Virus record (IMG/VR): IMGVR_UViG_3300035182_000826
Location: 1 to 64,000 of that record
DNA: 64,000 nucleotides
Source: a virus
Reading direction: 5' to 3' (one strand)
Shown piece after piece: positions 1 to 9,517 of this stretch (positions are counted from its first letter, which is position 1; each line of letters opens with the position of its first letter). The notes below the pieces were generated by a model, which did not search any database, was not told the origin of the DNA, and saw only the letters and a program-made list of their open reading frames with translations. The position numbers were made by a program, and so were the translations under genes.

Positions 1-1
1 T

Positions 2-3000
2 ACAAGTTCACCAACGTTTGCCTCAGTGTCTGTTGCAGCTGATCCAGTCTCTGATTTGCAGCTTGCAACTAAGCGCTATGTTGACAATGCAGTTCAAGGT
101 CTTTCACCAAAGACAAGTGTCAGGGTGGCTACGACTGGAAACATCACCCTATCAGGTCTTCAAACCATTGATGGGGTTGATCTAGTTCAAGGCGATCGAG
201 TACTTGTCAAGTCACAAACTGCACTTGCTGAGAATGGCATCTACGTTGCATCAAGTGGAACATGGGCGCGGGCCGCTGACATGGACACGTGGGCTGAAGT
301 ACCGGGCGCTCTTGTCGTGGTGCAACAGGGCGCCTCCGAGGCTGATACTGCATGGTTATCAACCGCTGATACTGGAGGCGCTCTCGGCACCACGCCAGTG
401 ACCTGGACGCAGTTCCTGTCAGCAACTGACATTTCTGCAGGAACAGGCCTGATCCGTACTGGAAACATGATCAGTCTTACCAGCACCGGTGTCAGTCCTG
501 GGACATACAACACGATCACCGTGGATGCACAGGGCCGCGCAACAGCCGCGTCAAATACTCCTTACCTAACAGGTAATCAGGTGATCACATTGCAGGGGTC
601 AGTGCTTGGATCAGGAACAACGCTGATCAACACGACACTTTCAAGCACTGGTGTTACGGCTGGCACATACAAGTCGGTGTCAGTAAACGCAGATGGTCGT
701 GTCACCGCTGGCACTAACCCAACGACATTAGCAGGTTACGGCATTACAGATGCACAACCGCTCAGCACACTTCTCACGAACGTGTCTAATCTGTCTACGG
801 ACGGAATCATTGTCAAGTCTGGTTCGTCTTCACTAACTAGAGCCATTCAAGCTGGCTCAACGAAAGTCTCAATCACCAATGGTAATGGTATTGCTGGAAA
901 CCCAACAGTTGATGTAATTGAATCTAATCTGACGCTCACAAATCTCGGTGGCACCCTGTCACTAGCAAAGGGCGGTACAGGATTGACTGCTGGTGGTGCA
1001 GTCAATCAGCTGTTGGGTATGAATGCGACCGGTACAGGATTGGAATATAAGACCATTGCGGCCGGCACCGGAATCACGGTAACGCAAACAGCTGGCAACA
1101 TCACAATCTCAAGCCAGAACACTGGCACCGTCACTTCTGTTGCTGCGTCTTCAGCATCATCTGGTCTTGTGATCAGTGGATCGCCAATTACCTCTTCTGG
1201 AACTCTTGCCTTTAGTCTGAATTCAGAAATTCAAGGTCTTACCACTTTGACAGGTTCGACTGGATTGGTTGTTCATACAGCGAATGGGGGCTATGCCCAG
1301 CGTTCAGTTGTTTCTGGAAATGGAACGATCACCATTACTAACCCAGCAGGGCTAGCTGGTAATATTGGTGTTGAGCTGACGACGACTGGTACAGCTGGCA
1401 CTTACAAGTCCGTTACGACTGACGTGTACGGGCGCGTCACAGCTGGCACTAACCCAACGACACTTGCTGGCTACGGCATCACGGACGCTGTTTCAACATC
1501 GCAAATTGGAGTTCCTGGAGGTGTTGCGTCTCTTGATGGAACTGGCAAATTGCCAGTGTCTCAGCTCCCAGCAACAGCCATAGTGAACACAAATGTGGTC
1601 GCGTCGCAGTCAGCAATGCTGGCGCTGACCGCGCAAGTTGGTGACATTGCAGTCAGAACTGATCTGAACAAGACATACATCTTGGCAGCCGAGCCAGCAA
1701 GCACACTTGGGAACTGGCAAGAACTACTGACTTCAACTGCACCAGTCACATCGGTGAACGGACAAACTGGTGCAGTGAATGTTGGCACTGTGACTTCTGT
1801 TGCTGCAACTGCTGGAACTGGTTTGACGGTGACTGGATCACCAATCACGACTACTGGAACACTGTCCTTTGCGCTAGCAAATGACATTGCTGCCGTAGAG
1901 GCCTTGTCAGGAATTGGCCTAGCAGTCAGAACTGGCGCAGAGTCTTGGGCCACAAGAACTCTTGTGGCAGGCACAGGCATTAGCATCACTAATCCAGCTG
2001 GCACGGCTGGTGACATCACTATTGCAAACACTGGTGTGACATCTGTTGGAATGACCGTGCCAAGCTTCTTGTTGGTGGCCGGTTCGCCAATCACATCAAC
2101 TGGTACATTTGCGATTTCACTTGCCCCTCAAGCCGCAAAGACAGTCTTTGCGGCTCCAAGTACCGGTGCTGGCACTCCAACATTCAGAACCATTGCTCTT
2201 GGAACTGATCTTTCAGATGTCACGATCAGCTCACCTAGCACAAATCAAGTTCTGTCCTATGATGGAACAAAGTGGGTTAACTCTGGAGCAGTTGGTGCCT
2301 CGGCTTCTGGGTTGATTGGCGCAGGTCAAACTGGGGGCGCTGCCTGGACACTGCTGGCTGGCTCACGTTACTATGCTGATTTTGCACACGGCCTTGGAAC
2401 TACGAATGTCGTTGTGACTGTATATGATACCAGCAACAATGCCGTTGTTCAACCAGATTCAATTGTGTTGACCAGCACAACAACTATCAGAATCACAGTT
2501 CTTGGGAATACAAAGACCCTACGCGTTGTGGTTGTTGCGAATGGCCAATCGATTGTTGCGAACGGGTCAACACCATCTAGCATCATCACCGCAAAGGAAG
2601 GTGTCACTGTCACTACAGCAACCACAAAGCTGAACTTCATTGGCCAGAATGTTAGCGTTACTGATGCTGGTTCTGGCACAACTAACGTGTCCTTTGGTCA
2701 GCGCTTTGTGTACTTCGCCAGCTCAATGGACAGCCCTGTGTCTGATTACGCAGTGAACTCACTGGCACCAGCAATTCCAGATCCTTCATTCCCGTCATTG
2801 ATGGTTCGTTCATTTAGCAACACTACCGAGCAGGGTGTTGGGCTATTGGTTTCAATTCCAACAGGATGCACAACAATCACCTTCAAAATGAAGGGTAGAG
2901 CAGGTGTTAATCCGGGAACAACTGGCTACATTGTCCAGCCAAGAATTTACACGAGAGGTCTTCTTGACAACGCGGCGACGAGCAGCTGGTCTGGTGCACA

Positions 3001-3196
3001 CGAGTTGGCGAACATCACGATCAACAACAATCAATACTTCCAGTATGTGACGCAGACCTACTCATTATCAACACTTGGAATGACTGCTGGTACAACTTAC
3101 CAAGTTGAGCTCACGAGAAGAATTTCAGGCGTATCTGGTGGAACACAACTGGCTGGCGCATGGTATCTAATGGAACTGACTGTGGAGGTAAGCTGA
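2..3196 (+). CDS. Long tail fibre-like protein (5' end lies before the window)
   Basis: Frame is open from base 2 (TSSPTFASV...). G/T/S-rich. Contains ATKRYVD, a collar-like RVATTGNITLSGLQTIDGV...GDRVLVK...ENGIY module, two GTYKSV...GRVTAGTNPTTLAGYGITDA fibre repeats and a HGLG adaptor-like module. Confidence 0.8.
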   Translation, partial: TSSPTFASVSVAADPVSDLQLATKRYVDNAVQGLSPKTSVRVATTGNITLSGLQTIDGVDLVQGDRVLVKSQTALAENGIYVASSGTWARAADMDTWAEVPGALVVVQQGASEADTAWLSTADTGGALGTTPVTWTQFLSATDISAGTGLIRTGNMISLTSTGVSPGTYNTITVDAQGRATAASNTPYLTGNQVITLQGSVLGSGTTLINTTLSSTGVTAGTYKSVSVNADGRVTAGTNPTTLAGYGITDAQPLSTLLTNVSNLSTDGIIVKSGSSSLTRAIQAGSTKVSITNGNGIAGNPTVDVIESNLTLTNLGGTLSLAKGGTGLTAGGAVNQLLGMNATGTGLEYKTIAAGTGITVTQTAGNITISSQNTGTVTSVAASSASSGLVISGSPITSSGTLAFSLNSEIQGLTTLTGSTGLVVHTANGGYAQRSVVSGNGTITITNPAGLAGNIGVELTTTGTAGTYKSVTTDVYGRVTAGTNPTTLAGYGITDAVSTSQIGVPGGVASLDGTGKLPVSQLPATAIVNTNVVASQSAMLALTAQVGDIAVRTDLNKTYILAAEPASTLGNWQELLTSTAPVTSVNGQTGAVNVGTVTSVAATAGTGLTVTGSPITTTGTLSFALANDIAAVEALSGIGLAVRTGAESWATRTLVAGTGISITNPAGTAGDITIANTGVTSVGMTVPSFLLVAGSPITSTGTFAISLAPQAAKTVFAAPSTGAGTPTFRTIALGTDLSDVTISSPSTNQVLSYDGTKWVNSGAVGASASGLIGAGQTGGAAWTLLAGSRYYADFAHGLGTTNVVVTVYDTSNNAVVQPDSIVLTSTTTIRITVLGNTKTLRVVVVANGQSIVANGSTPSSIITAKEGVTVTTATTKLNFIGQNVSVTDAGSGTTNVSFGQRFVYFASSMDSPVSDYAVNSLAPAIPDPSFPSLMVRSFSNTTEQGVGLLVSIPTGCTTITFKMKGRAGVNPGTTGYIVQPRIYTRGLLDNAATSSWSGAHELANITINNNQYFQYVTQTYSLSTLGMTAGTTYQVELTRRISGVSGGTQLAGAWYLMELTVEVS

Positions 3197-3897
3197 TGTC
3201 GGTTCTTTGCAACGCCTCTGACATTCACTTGGTTTCAACTGTTGCCAATAACTTCACATCTACAACTGATCCACACACAATCACATGCTGGATTAACGCA
3301 AATTGGAACCCGGGGTCCACAAAGTCATTCATTGGCATATATGCTTATGGGTCTAGCGCGGCAGTTCAGATAGGAACACACACTGGCAATAATGACTTGA
3401 CGTGTTGGGCATGGGGTGGCATGACACTTACTGGAACTGCTACTGGTTTTATGTCAGCTTATAACGGGGTGTGGGTGAATATTGCTTACACTTTTGATGG
3501 AATAAACCACGCTATTTACTTGAATGGCAACCAAGTAGCATCAAGCACCGTGGCCAATGTCAGTGCCAAATATAATGAGATCTACATAAATGGGTATCCT
3601 AGTGGCGGGACAAGTGAAGTTTCAAACCACCGGGTTGCAACATTCTCCTATTTCAATCGCGCGCTAAGCCCAAATGAGATTCTGACGATTAGCTCAGAAC
3701 GCGGGCTTAGACACGGTATCAAAAATGGGCTGCTATCAGAACTCAGATTTGATAATGGGATTAATGGAAGCACAGTTTCGACAGTGGCTGACTTGTCAGG
3801 AAATGGAAATTCTGTCACATTAACTGGTGCAGGAACAGCCATGACGTATACATACTCAGATGAGCCTTGCACCAGTCACCTTAGGATGGTTTTATGA
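3196..3897 (+). CDS. LamG/ConA-like beta-sandwich protein (fibre-associated)
   Basis: TITCWI...WVNIAYTFDG...IYLNG...FNRALSPNEI...DLSGNGN is the LamG_3-like pattern. ATG at 3196 overlaps the upstream TGA (TGATG), so it is preferred over the 3160 start. Confidence 0.75.
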   Translation: MSVLCNASDIHLVSTVANNFTSTTDPHTITCWINANWNPGSTKSFIGIYAYGSSAAVQIGTHTGNNDLTCWAWGGMTLTGTATGFMSAYNGVWVNIAYTFDGINHAIYLNGNQVASSTVANVSAKYNEIYINGYPSGGTSEVSNHRVATFSYFNRALSPNEILTISSERGLRHGIKNGLLSELRFDNGINGSTVSTVADLSGNGNSVTLTGAGTAMTYTYSDEPCTSHLRMVL

Positions 3898-4772
3898 CGA
3901 CTCAAGTTTTAGGGAAATACTCTTTCCTTGATATTCCAGATGTGAACGGGAGCGATGTGCTTCTGAATGGCGGAGGTGTTCCGACAATTTTGGCAGGTGC
4001 AGTTACTGCTCTACCTGCTGCAGGCACCACCGGGCGCCTTTATCTTGACACCACAAATTCAGTGTTCTATCGAGATAATGGAACGTCATGGGATAACATG
4101 ACAGCACTGGTTCAGTTGACGGGCACCCCAAATCAAATTAGCATCACACCAGCTGTAGTTGGCACACCAGCTAACATTGCGCTGGCCACAAATCCGACTC
4201 TGCCGGGTCTTCAAAAGGTGACAATTCCTGGTGGTGCCACGACTGATAGACCTGCTTCGCCTGTTGCGGGTGATTTTCGGTACAATAGCACCATCACAAA
4301 GCATGAGGGCTATAACGGGTCTTATTGGATTCCTTTCGGCAATGTCATTCAAGCTGTTACTGGTTTAATTCCAGCATCATCTGGAACAACCACTGTACCG
4401 CTTGATAATACCATTCCAACTTCAACTGAAGGGTGGCAAGTTTTCAGCAATACCGTAACTCCCATCTCAGCATCATCAAAGATGTTGATCATCTTCTCAA
4501 TCACTTGTTCCATGTCAGCTACTGGTACAATGATTGGATCAGTATTTGCTGGAACCACGAATATTGGGTCAGCTGCAGTGCTAAGACCGGCCACCAACGT
4601 CGGATCACAGATGACATTTTCGGTTCTTCACCAGCCAGGGTCCACAAGCCCAATTACATACTCGTTTAGATTTGGTGGATCAGCTGCTTCGACAACCTAT
4701 GTGAACCAAATTGGCACAACAACTCTTGGTGGCGCTCTCGCATCCAACTACACAATTCTAGAGATCCTATGA
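3894..4772 (+). CDS. Short tail fibre / virion structural protein
   Basis: PGGATTDRPASPVAGDFRYNST...EGYNGSYW fibre motif; G/T/S-rich; overlaps both neighbours. Confidence 0.65.
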   Translation: MTTQVLGKYSFLDIPDVNGSDVLLNGGGVPTILAGAVTALPAAGTTGRLYLDTTNSVFYRDNGTSWDNMTALVQLTGTPNQISITPAVVGTPANIALATNPTLPGLQKVTIPGGATTDRPASPVAGDFRYNSTITKHEGYNGSYWIPFGNVIQAVTGLIPASSGTTTVPLDNTIPTSTEGWQVFSNTVTPISASSKMLIIFSITCSMSATGTMIGSVFAGTTNIGSAAVLRPATNVGSQMTFSVLHQPGSTSPITYSFRFGGSAASTTYVNQIGTTTLGGALASNYTILEIL

Positions 4773-5284
4773 GATACTTTGAACCATACTCTTATCTGGA
4801 AACACTTGCAGAAAAGTACCCAACACTACAAGTATCAACTATTGGTGATGGTACTGACTATGATTCGCTGGTTTGCCATAACGCACCGCTGCCGTCAAAA
4901 GCTGAACTTGACGCAGCAAAATTAGAACTAACAAAGCTCCGTGGTTGGTATGCGATCAAAAATGAACGTGACAGACGCCAAGCTGGTGGAGTTCTAGTTG
5001 GACATTACTGGTTTCACTCAGATGGTGTTTCGCGTATTCAACAGCTAGCACTAGTGATGCTTCAGTCGTCAATCCCATCAGGTTTGTTGTGGAAAACAAT
5101 GAGTGGTGCGCTTGTGCCTATGACACCGACATTAGCTGTGCAAATTTTCCAATGCGCCGTTCTCTCTGACACAAAGATATTTGCGATCGCTGAGCAACAT
5201 AAGGTAAATATGTATGCTGCAGAGGATCCAACACAGTACGATTTTCTATCTGGTTGGCCTTTGATTTACGAGGAAACAGTATGA
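4769..5284 (+). CDS. DUF4376-like tail fibre assembly/chaperone protein
   Basis: IKNERDRRQAGGV...WFHSD..SRIQQ...WKTMSG...MT...GWP pattern typical of this family; follows fibre genes. Confidence 0.7.
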   Translation: MRYFEPYSYLETLAEKYPTLQVSTIGDGTDYDSLVCHNAPLPSKAELDAAKLELTKLRGWYAIKNERDRRQAGGVLVGHYWFHSDGVSRIQQLALVMLQSSIPSGLLWKTMSGALVPMTPTLAVQIFQCAVLSDTKIFAIAEQHKVNMYAAEDPTQYDFLSGWPLIYEETV

Positions 5285-5901
5285 ACCTGATCAAAAAGCT
5301 TTACTCAAAAGTGGTTCTGTGGATTGGCACAATCCATTGGGCGCCAAAACGGCTGTTGACAGTTGAGCAGCAAGATGACATCAAGAAGTTGTTGAAGCTG
5401 AACTACTTCGTCATTCTGACACATCGTTCAAATCACCTCAGTTCATACTTCATTGGTCTTGCAAATTTCCTACTTACGGGCAAGTGGGGTTATTGGACAC
5501 ATGCGCTAATGAACCTTGAAGATGTGGTCACGACAGACGATGATTTCAGACTGATTGAGGCCATTGGCAAGGGCGTCGAAATCACGCCATTTGACAAGGT
5601 GTTTGATGTTCAGGGCGTAGTATTACTGAAGCCAAAGTACATGCCAATTGAGGACTGGACACTTGCTCTTGACAAAGCAAGAACTGAACTTGGCAAACCG
5701 TATGACACCCTGTTTGACCTGAAGTCTGATCAGAGTCTGAGCTGTGTTGAGCTTGTCAGAACTGCACTTATGGCAACACCAAACTATGAGCAGAACTTTG
5801 CAAGCTTTGAAGCCATGATCAAGAAGGAAAAGAACCTGACACCCCAGATGTTCTTTGAATGTGACGACTTTGAAATCATGTACTTGGTAAAGCGCTGGTA
5901 A
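5281..5901 (+). CDS. Permuted NlpC/P60 (YiiX/YebB-like) papain-like amidase
   Basis: His precedes Cys (WTHAL...IEA..KGV...GKPYD...LSCVELV). ATG at 5281 follows GAGGA and overlaps the upstream stop. Confidence 0.7.
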   Translation: MNLIKKLYSKVVLWIGTIHWAPKRLLTVEQQDDIKKLLKLNYFVILTHRSNHLSSYFIGLANFLLTGKWGYWTHALMNLEDVVTTDDDFRLIEAIGKGVEITPFDKVFDVQGVVLLKPKYMPIEDWTLALDKARTELGKPYDTLFDLKSDQSLSCVELVRTALMATPNYEQNFASFEAMIKKEKNLTPQMFFECDDFEIMYLVKRW

Positions 5902-5902
5902 A

Positions 5903-6268
5903 ATGTCGATTAACGCCTGTACGCTTGAGTCATCTACGTTGAACGTCTTTTGTTCAAACAGACGGTCCATAGTTGTCGGGCGGTTGATCAATGAACTTCA
6001 CCCACCAAAGAAAACCGTCAAGGGTGGCAACCCCGGCCCAGTAAATAGGTGGACTGGCTTCAGGCAAGAGGAACCAGTTCAAGTACCTACTGAGCGTCCG
6101 CAAATTCTTGTTCGTGCCTGGTATGGATCTGTTTATGGTGAAGACCTGCGTGATTACAGCCCAATGGTCCCGTTCTTCGTCTTTGTGAACGACTTGAAAT
6201 TTAATGGAATGGGTTCAGTAACCGTAAACATCACTAACCTGAGATTCAACGATGTTGAAGATAAATGA
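5903..6268 (+). CDS. Hypothetical protein
   Basis: 121-aa ORF packed in the operon. Confidence 0.6.
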   Translation: MSINACTLESSTLNVFCSNRRSIVVGRLINELHPPKKTVKGGNPGPVNRWTGFRQEEPVQVPTERPQILVRAWYGSVYGEDLRDYSPMVPFFVFVNDLKFNGMGSVTVNITNLRFNDVEDK

Positions 6269-6848
6269 AACAAACAAGATCACCTTTGTGATGGATATTG
6301 AAGGGACTGCTTCATTGCCAACTAAGGTACAGTGTGTTTTGGGGGCTGATCCGGAGCTAGTATTCGCGGCAACCCAAATGTTTGAAAAGAACTACTCTTG
6401 TGAGATCTTTGTGCCTGCTACAATGTCACCCGGTATGGTCCCATTCAAAATCCAAGCAATCGTGAATGGCAGGTTGTTTACACCAATTTCGATGATGACT
6501 GAACTTTCAGCGGCTGCTGAAATTCCAGCTGAATCAGCTCCAGAAATCTCTTCTCCAGCAGCACCAGCTGTGTCTAACGTTGCGGCAGAGGAGCTTGTTT
6601 CACTCCTTAAGCAGTTCCATAGTACGCCTAAATCTGAGCCAGCACAAGTTCAAGAAGAAGTTCAGCCTGAGGCTGAGTCGGTAAGGGAAATCACAATTGA
6701 TGTTGCTGATATTTTCAGCACCCCAATATCTGTTGAACGTAAAGAGATTCCAGAGGTGAAGATGACTCCCGCGCCAGCGCCAAGCGCCCTAAAGCAAGCA
6801 GTCATCAAATCACTATTCAACCCAAAGATCAAAGGAAAAGGCAAATGA
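6252..6848 (+). CDS. Hypothetical protein with A/P/E-rich C-terminal half
   Basis: 198-aa ORF overlapping both neighbours. Confidence 0.6.
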   Translation: MLKINETNKITFVMDIEGTASLPTKVQCVLGADPELVFAATQMFEKNYSCEIFVPATMSPGMVPFKIQAIVNGRLFTPISMMTELSAAAEIPAESAPEISSPAAPAVSNVAAEELVSLLKQFHSTPKSEPAQVQEEVQPEAESVREITIDVADIFSTPISVERKEIPEVKMTPAPAPSALKQAVIKSLFNPKIKGKGK

Positions 6849-6997
6849 AAATTCTAAGTGATGCCGTTGTTTCAAAGGAAGAGGTTACAGCGCTTGATGA
6901 GAAACAGTCTAGACAAATCAGACAACTCAAGGTGATGCTTGGTGTCTCATTTGTGTTGAACATTGCTCTCACCCTAGGTCTTAAATTTCTCATGTGA
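6845..6997 (+). CDS. Small membrane protein (50 aa, not in ORF track)
   Basis: ATGA overlap with the upstream stop and AAGGA upstream. Translates MKILSDAVVSKEEVTALDEKQSRQIRQLKVMLGVSFVLNIALTLGLKFLM, with a C-terminal hydrophobic helix. Confidence 0.6.
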   Translation: MKILSDAVVSKEEVTALDEKQSRQIRQLKVMLGVSFVLNIALTLGLKFLM

Positions 6998-7304
6998 ACC
7001 CTATTATTAGGTTCACCTTAACACTGCCTCAATCTAGAATTGCTTAAGCATTCTTGGAAAGAGGAGAAATGAACTTTATCCTGACTGGGTGTGATGGCAG
7101 TGTCAAATATATTCGCCCTCAAGTTCTTGCCTGAAGAACTTGTTGACTGCAGGTTCTATAGAGTAGATCCGGGTGGTAATTACCCGATCCTGCCCTAACT
7201 CAGCAACTTCCACCACTTACCTGGCAGATCTACTCGTCACACTCTCGTTGTTGAAACGCCAGAAAAGGACCCTGTGAAATCCACAGAGAAGAACTAAGGC
7301 AATC

Positions 7305-8507
7305 ATGTTTCCAAAAATCAAAACACTGGACGATTTTCTTCCATACATCCAGGGCAACCCACAGTTTCGTGTAGACCACCGGGCTGATGGATTCACCATT
7401 GTTTGCTACATGGTGAAAGATGAAGACACCTTCACTGGAGAGAATCAGGATTGGTACAAGGAATGCCGTGGAATCACGTTCGACTCCACAGGCCGCATCG
7501 TGTCTCGTACACTGCACAAGTTCCCTAACGTCGGCGAGACCGAGGACGATCAGCCAGAGCAGATTCCTTGGCACGACATTGTTCGCATTATGGACAAGCG
7601 CGATGGGTCAATGATCACTTTTGTCGAGACTGACAAAGGTGTTCGTGCTAAAACCAAGAAGACCTTTGACTCGGCTGAAGCAATCGAAGCGACTTATCTG
7701 TTGTACAGCGTGAACACTGGTCAGTATGGGTTGGAGTGGGTCAAGAAGGTCTTGCGTGCTGGCTACACCCCAACGTTCGAGTTCACATCGCCCCGCTTTC
7801 CAATCGTCCTTGTGTATGACAGGGATGAACTGACTTTGCTGCAGATCCGTGAAAACGTGACCGGTCGATACATCATGCCGAACACTGAAGAGTGGGATCA
7901 GCTGATGGTTGATTGCCCGTTCAACGTGGTCGAGAACCTGGTTGAACAGTTTAGCTGGGTGAGGGAAGATGAAGGGATCCCTAAGACCGTTGAAGTTCAA
8001 TGGGACAAGCTGAAGGCCGCCGCCGAAACTTGCACTGGTATCGAGGGCTTGATCATTCAAGCCTCTGACGGTCGGATGTGGAAGGTCAAGACCCTTTGGT
8101 ACTGCAATCTACATCATGCAGTGACATTTGTGCGCTGGCGTGATGTTGCAAAGCTGGTGCTTGCAGATCAGACAGATGACCTAAAAGGGGCGTTCACGCT
8201 GACTGGCCGTGATATTGAACCAATCAATCAGGTTCAGCATCAGATCTTCTCAAAGATTGAAGAGTGCCGAAAAGAGGTGAATGACATTGTGGAACAAGCA
8301 CGCCTTGATGGGCTGTCCTCATACAAGGAATTTGCGCTCAAGTTTGGGACTCACAAGTGGTTCAAGCAGATCATGACAATGGTTCGCGGTGGTGATTTCG
8401 ACTGGTTGTACTGGTACAAAAAGGAACATCTGAGATCGCACTCACTTGAGGTCATTCCATGCGCAGGAATGGATGACTACGTTCCGCCTGGAGATGATGC
8501 GGGATGA
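7305..8507 (+). CDS. rnlA: RNA ligase 1 (T4 RnlA family)
   Basis: ECRGITF...LHKFPNVGE, motif I KRDGS, TPTFEF, LLQIREN.TG, EGLII, KVK. Confidence 0.85.
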   Translation: MFPKIKTLDDFLPYIQGNPQFRVDHRADGFTIVCYMVKDEDTFTGENQDWYKECRGITFDSTGRIVSRTLHKFPNVGETEDDQPEQIPWHDIVRIMDKRDGSMITFVETDKGVRAKTKKTFDSAEAIEATYLLYSVNTGQYGLEWVKKVLRAGYTPTFEFTSPRFPIVLVYDRDELTLLQIRENVTGRYIMPNTEEWDQLMVDCPFNVVENLVEQFSWVREDEGIPKTVEVQWDKLKAAAETCTGIEGLIIQASDGRMWKVKTLWYCNLHHAVTFVRWRDVAKLVLADQTDDLKGAFTLTGRDIEPINQVQHQIFSKIEECRKEVNDIVEQARLDGLSSYKEFALKFGTHKWFKQIMTMVRGGDFDWLYWYKKEHLRSHSLEVIPCAGMDDYVPPGDDAG

Positions 8508-8571
8508 AGAAACCGCTTGGCCCAAATCATACTATTACCTTGAGCGTCGTAAGTTGAGACAGCACAAAGAG

Positions 8572-8730
8572 TTAAGCGGCCGGGCATAGCCTCGGCGACA
8601 CCAGGCGACGCCGGCTCACCTCAGACATAACGGCCAATAAGTTATGCGCAAACGATAAAGGGCACCGGTTGGTGCCCTTTATTTGCGTAGTGCCTCGAGC
8701 TATTCAACCCGCTATTCGTCGGCTAATGCG
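8572..8730 (+). repeat. Outlying, degenerate copy of the palindrome plus 32-bp repeat family
   Basis: ttaagcg...cctcggcgacaccaggcgacgccggctcacc...caataagttatgc, then ttcaacccgctattcgtcggctaatgcg at 8703; matches units at 22.6-24.5 kb and 50.3-50.5 kb. Confidence 0.85.
8655..8682. terminator. Probable bidirectional intrinsic terminator
   Basis: ataaagggcacc-ggtt-ggtgccctttat hairpin between convergent genes. Confidence 0.7.
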
Positions 8731-8823
8731 TATAACGCGTGCTCACACCAGATCTTACTGAACTTAACTTTCTTACTTCCATCTTCTGAGGTAACGCCTG
8801 CCTTCATGGAAGCAATCATGTCA

Positions 8824-9438
8824 TCAGTAATGTCTCTGCATCTTTTGATTCAATCGAGCACGCAGCTTTCCAGCATACTCATGTGCTTGCGCATAGCCAA
8901 CCTTCGTGTCATCAAAGGTGCGCACGTAGTCTCTTCCGTTCTTCTCATCTTCAAGAGCTACAGAGATCCGCTTATCATCATCAAGTGAAAGCACGATTGC
9001 CTTGGTCTCATCACCGTCATCACCGTAGGCAATGAGTGCTTTTCCACTTGCTGGGTGTTCAGCACCTTGGAAGGCCATGAAGTCATGCCTGTTCATTGGT
9101 TTGAAATCATCGAACATTGGCTTCTCGAGACCCTCTTGCATGCCTCTAATCCAATCAAGCTCAGCTGCACGACCTTGAGATGCCTGAGAGCGCATCGTGA
9201 CCTTGCCACGTTCCTTCTCCCATTGCTCCTCGTCTTCAATCCTCTTCTTTGCATTTTTGAAGATTGCATCCTTTTTCTTTTGTTCTTCCTTGCGCTTTGC
9301 AAGCAACGCCTCACGTTCAGCCTTCAGCTTCTCGATCTTTTCGCTGTTTCTGAAGATGCCGAAAATTTCATCGACACGTTCTTCTGTTAGGTCATCGGTC
9401 TCAACGAAGTCGTTGAACTGTTTGAAAGAGATTTTCAT
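8824..9438 (-). CDS. Hypothetical late protein, possible internal head protein
   Basis: 204 aa, highly charged; MKISFKQF N-terminus with several hydrophobic-x-E sites; TAAATA upstream on the minus strand. Confidence 0.6.
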   Translation of the reverse strand: MKISFKQFNDFVETDDLTEERVDEIFGIFRNSEKIEKLKAEREALLAKRKEEQKKKDAIFKNAKKRIEDEEQWEKERGKVTMRSQASQGRAAELDWIRGMQEGLEKPMFDDFKPMNRHDFMAFQGAEHPASGKALIAYGDDGDETKAIVLSLDDDKRISVALEDEKNGRDYVRTFDDTKVGYAQAHEYAGKLRARLNQKMQRHY

Positions 9439-9464
9439 AGTCTTTCCTAAATGAAACTATAGCG

Positions 9465-9489
9465 TATTTAGCATGAAATGAGATAAATA
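9465..9489. promoter_or_regulatory. Back-to-back TAAATA late-promoter motifs
   Basis: TATTTA at 9465-9470 (minus strand, ~27 nt before 9438) and TAAATA at 9484-9489 (~29 nt before 9518). Confidence 0.65.
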
Positions 9490-9517
9490 GAGCATAGTCA
9501 ACCAACTGGTCACAGAC

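Noticed and set aside
8621-8652. dif/Xer site (minus strand TGCGCATAA...TTATGT)
   Set aside because: The XerC-like half is present, but the TTATGT half is 11 nt away instead of 6-8, is incomplete, and is absent from the other copies.
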